A stretch of DNA of 64,000 nt from Eledone cirrhosa (Eukaryota). A program made the position numbers and the translations under genes. Positions 57,778-64,000 of this stretch are shown in pieces; positions within the stretch are counted from its first letter, which is position 1, and each line of letters begins with the position of its first letter. Below the pieces are notes generated by a model, which did no database searches, was not told where the DNA came from, and saw nothing but the letters and a program-made list of their open reading frames with translations. The stretch covers positions 33,294,001 through 33,358,000 of the forward strand of contig OZ024740.1 in the NCBI GenBank assembly GCA_964016885.1, in the 5' to 3' direction.

Positions 57778-60700
57778 GTGATGGTTATTTGCGAGGCCCG
57801 GATCAGCAACGTGCAGCAGCTGGCCCCCGCCTTTGATGACTTTGAGATGCACGCATCTCTCTGTCAGCCCGGAGGTGGGGGTGGAGTTGTCGTTCTGCTG
57901 CAAAAACATCTGGGTCTCGCAACACAGATGGTACATTTGGACCCGGAGGGTCGACTAGCGGTTCTGGACCTTGGCAGTGGTAAAGGCGGAGCGTTTAGGT
58001 TGGTAGCCGCCGACGGCCCTTTCGGGTCAATGCGGCCGGACTTCTTCCATCGTCTGGAGACTTTTCTAGGGACGTCCCGCTCCTTGCTATTAGTGGGGGA
58101 CTGGAATGGTATCCTAGATGCACGCTGGGACTACGTAGGGGCCTGCCCCGATAGAGAGGGGTGTAATAGCCTCAAAGGGTTAATCGGTCGATTTGACCTG
58201 GCCGATAGATATCGACTAGATTTTCCGACTGCGCCAACCTGGACTTGGGCAAATCGTAGCGGATCATCTAGGTCGTACCTAGATAGGTTCTTAGTTAGAA
58301 TTAAGGATAAGGACTTTTTAAGTTGTCCAAAAATGCGCATTGTTGGCTATTCAGACCACAAATTAGTGACCTGCATGGTCAACCTTGACAGAACTCATAG
58401 ACAGGGCCCCGGTTACTGGAAGCTCAACTTGTCCTTGCCGGCAAGTAGAGCCTACAGGAATCGGATTAGTACGTTAGTTAAGGAACGGTTGACTGGAGCG
58501 ATCGTCAACAGCAGGTGGTGGGTATCTCTAAAGAGAGAGATTAGAGTAGTCTCGATAGAATTTAGTAAGGTTCTAGCTGCGGATAGGAATAGGAAGGAAA
58601 GGGAGCTAATAGATAGAGTAGAAGAGGCAATTAGAAGCGGCGACGTGGCCAGAGTGCTAGCGTCGAGAACGGCGTTGAGCCAGTTTTTCGACGCGAAGCA
58701 CGAAGGCTGCGTTGTCCGAAGTAAAATACGTGCTCTAGGGAACGAGGGGACCAAAGCTGTTAGCTGGGCCCGCGTGACAGAGGCCAACAGTGGAACTAAA
58801 TCCACCATCCGGTCTTTGCGAGACCTGGATGGACGGGCGATTCTTGAGCCTAAGCAGATGTGTGAGGCCTTTCAAAGGCACTTTGCCCGACTGTTCGGGA
58901 GGGGCGGGGAGCCGGTTGGGAACGTGGACTTCGGTCCATACCTCGACGGCCTGCCGCGCCTCTCGGACAGGGAGGCGAAGTCCTGCGAGGAGCCGATTTC
59001 GGCCGCTGAGATAGAGGACGTGCTGAGCCAATGCGGCAAACGCAAATCCCCGGGTCTCGATGGTCTTCCTTACGAATTATATCTAGCTATGCCGGACTTG
59101 TTCCCCGATCTCCTCGAGGCGGTCTACTGCAACTGGCAACAGAACGGGAGAATTCCCTGTACTGTGACCAAGGGCGTAGTCACGCTAGTGAGGAAGGACG
59201 AGAACAAGGGGGACGAAATAAGTAACTTCAGGCCCATAACACTGCTAAATACAGAGTTACAGATTTTGGCCAAGGTGCTAGCAAAGAGGTTGGCGCTTGT
59301 CGTGGGCAACCTGGTGGGAGATGCGCAGACATGCGCTATCCCGTCCAGGTCCATCCATGACAACCTCCACCTCATGCGATACATCATAGAGAGGGTTGGG
59401 AACGAACCCGGCTTTGGTGGGGCTCTGATCAACTTGGATCAATCTAAGGCGTTCGATAGGGTCGACCATGGTTACCTGGATGCGGTGCTAGCGGCGGCAG
59501 GCTTCGGACCCGTTTTCAGGGGCTGGATCACTGCTATGCACAGCAGCCGCATCTGCTCTAGGGTCAAGGTGAACGGCTACCTCTCGGAGCCGTTCAAAAT
59601 CGAGCGGTCCATCCGACAAGGGTGCCCTCTCTCCTCCCTTCTGTATGTGTTGACTCTCGAGCCACTACTGCGGAAGTTGGAGTTGTTGCAGGGCATCCCT
59701 TTGGAACCGGGATTGCGGAAAGCGGTGTCGGCCTACGCCGATGACGTGACAGTAATGGTGTCGACGGCCTCCGAAATCGAGGCGGTCGGCACCTTACTGG
59801 AGGAGTACGAAAAGTTCACAGGGGCTAAGCTGAACCGGGACAAGTCGATCGGTTTGCAACTCGGCACGTGGAGGGGCAGACCGATGCCCTCCGATAGCGT
59901 CGTCGGACGCTGGACGGAGGGCCCGGTGAAGTTGCTCGGGGTCTGGTTCGGACCGGACCTCCAGGTGGAGAAAAACTGGGCGGAGGTTACGAACAGGGTG
60001 TTTGCACTGACCCAGAAGTGGGCCAGTTGCAAACTATCCCTGAAAGGTCGGGCGGAGGTGGCGAACACCTACATAGCATCCGTCATCTACTACCGCCTGA
60101 CCGTAGTGCCCTGCCCAAGGGAAACCCTCACCAAGATGGAGCGCGCGCTCTTCCACTTCCTTTGGAAGAGGCGGGCTCCTATGGTGAGGAGATCCATCTG
60201 CTGTCAACACCCTTCGAAAGGAGGGCTGGGGATGCCGTGGCTAATGATGCGTAAACACGCATTAAGGATACGGCACCTCTACGTATTCCTCACCGGACAA
60301 CCGGTGTGGGCCTCGTTTGTGAGACGAACCTTTCCCAGACTCGTCTCACTCACCGAGCTGCAATCCTGGGTCAAGCAAAGACCGAGAAAACTGGGCGCCT
60401 GGCACACTGAGTGTGCCCAGGCGCTCACCGCCCTCTGGCAGGCGGATCCGGTTATCAGTGGAGACTCCACCGCAACATTCTATAGAGGGCTGGTACGCAG
60501 CAGGTGCGACGACGCCCTCGGAGAAGCCCTAGACATGGAGGAGGACGAACTGGCCAGCCTGTTCGGTGGGACATTCAGCCCGGGACCTATGGACAACTTC
60601 CAGAAGTCCCTGGCCTGGCAGTGCTACCGAGGGGCTTTACCCGTTCGAGAAAGGCTCTACAGACACGGGCGCCCGGGTAGGGACCCCGCCAAAAAGATCT

Positions 60701-61056
60701 GTCCCAGATGCGTGTGCGACGAGGAAACCGTTGCACACGCATTAGTACACTGCTCGGGCGTAGCCGATCTGTGGGGCTATGTCGAACAACTGCTGTCAAG
60801 GGTGGGACCGATCCGGTTGACCACCGAGTCGATTGTAATGATCAAGCCGCCTCCCCCCTTCAAAGATGAAGCAGAGGCGGTGTTTCTGTGCGTAATAGCC
60901 ATGGCGAAAGAGGTTGTATGGTGGACGCGTCTGAAAGGACTGAGGTCGGGCACCTTTCTCTCTGGCCAACAACTGGTCCGTTTCTTCCGATATCATTTCG
61001 GAAGAAGGATCAGGATGGAGAGAGAGAGAGGTACTGCACCCCAGCCGTTTCTATGA
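57778..61056 (+). CDS. ORF2 protein: APE endonuclease (N-terminally truncated), reverse transcriptase, CCHC zinc knuckle; probable frameshift near the C-terminus
   Basis: EN motifs IDVMVICE, GDWN, SYLDRF and SDH. RT motifs KSPGLDG, NFRPITLLN, LDQSKAFDRV, RQGCPLS and YADD. CPRC-x8-H-x4-C at 60700-60753. The frame is open back to the junction at 57763, so the called start is not the native start. Confidence 0.85.
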   Translation: MMVICEARISNVQQLAPAFDDFEMHASLCQPGGGGGVVVLLQKHLGLATQMVHLDPEGRLAVLDLGSGKGGAFRLVAADGPFGSMRPDFFHRLETFLGTSRSLLLVGDWNGILDARWDYVGACPDREGCNSLKGLIGRFDLADRYRLDFPTAPTWTWANRSGSSRSYLDRFLVRIKDKDFLSCPKMRIVGYSDHKLVTCMVNLDRTHRQGPGYWKLNLSLPASRAYRNRISTLVKERLTGAIVNSRWWVSLKREIRVVSIEFSKVLAADRNRKERELIDRVEEAIRSGDVARVLASRTALSQFFDAKHEGCVVRSKIRALGNEGTKAVSWARVTEANSGTKSTIRSLRDLDGRAILEPKQMCEAFQRHFARLFGRGGEPVGNVDFGPYLDGLPRLSDREAKSCEEPISAAEIEDVLSQCGKRKSPGLDGLPYELYLAMPDLFPDLLEAVYCNWQQNGRIPCTVTKGVVTLVRKDENKGDEISNFRPITLLNTELQILAKVLAKRLALVVGNLVGDAQTCAIPSRSIHDNLHLMRYIIERVGNEPGFGGALINLDQSKAFDRVDHGYLDAVLAAAGFGPVFRGWITAMHSSRICSRVKVNGYLSEPFKIERSIRQGCPLSSLLYVLTLEPLLRKLELLQGIPLEPGLRKAVSAYADDVTVMVSTASEIEAVGTLLEEYEKFTGAKLNRDKSIGLQLGTWRGRPMPSDSVVGRWTEGPVKLLGVWFGPDLQVEKNWAEVTNRVFALTQKWASCKLSLKGRAEVANTYIASVIYYRLTVVPCPRETLTKMERALFHFLWKRRAPMVRRSICCQHPSKGGLGMPWLMMRKHALRIRHLYVFLTGQPVWASFVRRTFPRLVSLTELQSWVKQRPRKLGAWHTECAQALTALWQADPVISGDSTATFYRGLVRSRCDDALGEALDMEEDELASLFGGTFSPGPMDNFQKSLAWQCYRGALPVRERLYRHGRPGRDPAKKICPRCVCDEETVAHALVHCSGVADLWGYVEQLLSRVGPIRLTTESIVMIKPPPPFKDEAEAVFLCVIAMAKEVVWWTRLKGLRSGTFLSGQQLVRFFRYHFGRRIRMERERGTAPQPFL

Positions 61057-61371
61057 AAGATGGGTGAAAGTGGCGAGAATGGCCCGTGTGAATGGGCCTT
61101 CACTCTACATCAGACTATAGGTGAGGAAGATAAAGGACCAAGGGAGCACCCCTTCTCTGTGCTCCTGAGGAGAAGGGTTGCACACTTTTTTCGGGGGTGT
61201 GTGCGACCCCCCAAGGCGCCTCCTCTCTATTGAGGATTTTGTTAAAAATTTTATTTTTTGTTATATCCTATTTTATTTTTATATTTTGTTATTGCCTTCT
61301 CCTTATTATGGACGCCTTTTTGTGTAAACTCCCCCCTTTGTACTTGTCCCACTTTTGATGCCCTAGTGGCA

Positions 61372-61377
61372 AATAAA
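61372..61377 (+). promoter_or_regulatory. Polyadenylation signal AATAAA of Tx1-like element
   Basis: Canonical hexamer 7 bp before the right TSD. Confidence 0.75.
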
Positions 61378-61384
61378 AGAAATA

Positions 61385-61400
61385 TATATATTTTAGACAG
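61385..61400 (+). repeat. Right target-site duplication of Tx1-like element
   Basis: TATATATTTTAGACAG, identical to 57746-57761. Confidence 0.92.
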
Positions 61401-64000
61401 AAAGTGTTCATCTATATATTCTAGATAGAAAGTGACCATCCATATAATCTAGATAGAAAGTTTTCATATATATATTCTAGATAGAAAGTGACCATCTATA
61501 TATTTTAGATAGAAAGTGTTCATCTATATATTCTAGAGAGAAAGTGTTCATCTATATATTTTAGATAGAAAGTGACCATCTATATATTTTAGATAAAAAG
61601 TGACCATCTATATATTTTTGATAGAAAGTGTTCATCTATATAATCTAGATAGAAAGTGTTCATCTATATATTCTAGATAGAAAGTGACCATCTATATATT
61701 CTAGATAGAAAGTGACCATGTATATATTCTAGATAGAAAGTAACCATCTATATATTTTAGATTGAAAATGACCATCTATATATATATTCTAGATAGAAAG
61801 TGTTCATATATATATTCTAGATAGAAAGTGTTCATCTATATATTCCAGATAAAAAGTGTTCATCTATATATTCTACATAGAAAGTGTTCATCTATATATT
61901 TTAGATAGAAAGTGACCATCTATATATTTTAGATAAAAAGTGACCATCTATATATTTTAGATAGAAAGTGTTCATCTATATAATCTAGATAGAAAGTGTT
62001 CCTCTATATATTCTAGATAGAAAGTGACCATGTATATATTCTAGATAGAAAGTGACCATGTATATATTCTAGATAGAAAGTAACCATCTATATATTTTAG
62101 ATTGAAAATGACCATCTATATATATATTCTAGATAGAAAGTGTTCATATATATATTCTAGATAGAAAGTGTTCATCTATATATTCTAGATAGAAAGTGAC
62201 CATCTATATATTCCAGATAAAAAGTGTTCATCTATATATTCTACATAGAAAGTGTTCATCTATATATTTTAGATAGAAAGTGTTTATTTATATATTCTAG
62301 ATAGAAAGTGTTCATCTATATATTCTAGATAGAAAGTGACCATCTATATATTCTAGATAGAATGTATTCATCTATATTTTCTAGATAGAAAGTGACCATC
62401 TATATATTCTAGATAGAAAATGACCATCTATATATTCTATATAGAAAGTGACCATTTATATATTTTAGATAGAAAGTGTTCATTTATATATTCTAGATAG
62501 AAAATGACCATCTATATATTTTAGATAGAAAGTGACCATCTATATATTTTAGACAGGAAGTGTTCATCTATATATTCTAGATAGAAAGTGACCATCCATA
62601 TAATCTAGATAGAAAGTTTTCATATATATATTCTAGATAGGAAGTGACCATCTATATATTTTAGATAGAAAGTGTTCATCTATATATTCTAGAGAGAAAG
62701 TGTTCATCTATATATTTTAGATAGAAAGTGACCATCTATATATTTTAGATAAAAAGTGACCATCTATATATTTTAGATAGAAAGTGTTCATCTATATATT
62801 CTAGATAGAAAGATTTCATATATATATTCTAGATAGAAAGTTTTCATATATATATTCTAGATAGAAAGTGACCATCTATATATTTTAGATAGAAAGTGTT
62901 CATCTATATATTCTAGATAGAAAGTGACCATCTATACATTCTAGATAGAAAGTGTTCATCTATATAATCTAGATAGAAAGTGTTCATCTATATATTCTAG
63001 ATAGAAAGTGACCATGTATATATTCTAGATAGAAAGTGTTCATCTATATATTTTAGATAGAAATTGACCATCTATATATTTTTAGATAGAAAGTGACCAT
63101 CTATATATTTTAGATAGAAAGTAACCATCTATATATTCTAGATAGAAAGTGTTCATCTATATATTCCAGATAGAAAGTGTTCATCTATATAATCTAGATA
63201 GAAAGTGTTCATCTATATATTCTAGATAGAAAGTGACCATGTATATATTCTAGATAGAAAGTAACCATCTATATATTTTAGATTGAAAATGACCATCTAT
63301 ATATATATTTTAGATAGAAAGTGTTCATATATATATTCTAGATAGAAAGTGTTCATATATATATTCTAGATAGAAAGTGTTCATCTATATATTCCAGATA
63401 AAAAGTGTTCATCGATATATTCTACATAGAAAGTGTTCATCTATATATTTTAGATAGAAAGTGTTTATTTATATATTCTAGATAGAAAGTGTTCATCTAT
63501 ATATTTTAGATAGAAAGTGACCATCTATATATTCTATATAGAAAGTAACATCTATATATTTTAGATAGAAAGTGTTCATCTATATATTCTAGATAGAAAA
63601 TGACCATCTATATATTTTAGATAGAAAGTGACCATCTATATATTTTAGACAGAAAGTGTTCATCTATATATTCTAGATAGAAAGTGACCATCTATATATT
63701 CTAGATAGAAAATGACCATCTATATATTTTGGATAGAAAGTGTTCATCTATATATTCTAGATAGAAAGTGACCATCTATATATTCTAGATAGAAAGTGTT
63801 CATCTATATATTCTAGATAGAAAGTGACCATCTATATATTCTAGATAGAAAATGACCATCTATATATTTTGGATAGAAAGTGTTCATCTATATATTCTAG
63901 ATAGAAAGTGACCATCTATATATTCTAGATAGAAAGTGTTCATCTATATATTCTAGATGGAAAGTGACCATCTATATATTCCAGATAGAAAGTGTTCATC
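61385..64000. repeat. 28-bp tandem satellite array, segment 4 (open at window end)
   Basis: Same monomer and orientation. Confidence 0.99.

Larger units (their letters stand above)
57762..61384 (+). mobile_element. Tx1-like (L1 clade) non-LTR retrotransposon, 5'-truncated
   Basis: APE endonuclease, RT and CCHC knuckle in one ORF, with the Tx1-like linker GPGYWKLN and GGLG motif. T-rich 3' UTR, AATAAA and a 16-bp TSD. ORF1 and the 5' UTR are absent. Confidence 0.92.

Noticed and set aside
61165-61171. Hammerhead ribozyme core (CTGAGGA = CUGANGA) after a stem
   Set aside because: No suitably placed GAAA or NUH cleavage triplet could be found.
58131-61439. Short alternative-frame and minus-strand ORFs over the Tx1 element
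   Set aside because: By-products of a GC-rich coding sequence. The 61251-61439 ORF starts in satellite and crosses low-complexity UTR.

Overview
Eukaryotic (animal) heterochromatin-like window. About 86% of it is one AT-rich 28-bp tandem satellite, consensus TCTAGATAGAAAGTG[TT/AC]CATCTATATAT, all in one orientation. The satellite is organised into nested higher-order repeats: a 2,857-bp 102-mer, local duplications at offsets of about 1.5-4.4 kb, and a ~16.8-kb duplication at offset 18,098 bp. Three non-LTR retrotransposon copies interrupt it. Two are apparently identical 5'-truncated RTE-like LINEs on the minus strand; each has a C4HC3 PHD finger inserted inside the reverse transcriptase and the same premature stop, so they were multiplied passively by the satellite duplication. 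The third is a 5'-truncated Tx1-like (L1 clade) element on the plus strand with a perfect 16-bp target-site duplication, a nearly intact ORF2 and a highly structured 3' UTR. I see no host genes, RNA genes or CRISPR array. From memory, the RTE 3' end resembles abundant octopus LINE ends; this is unverified.
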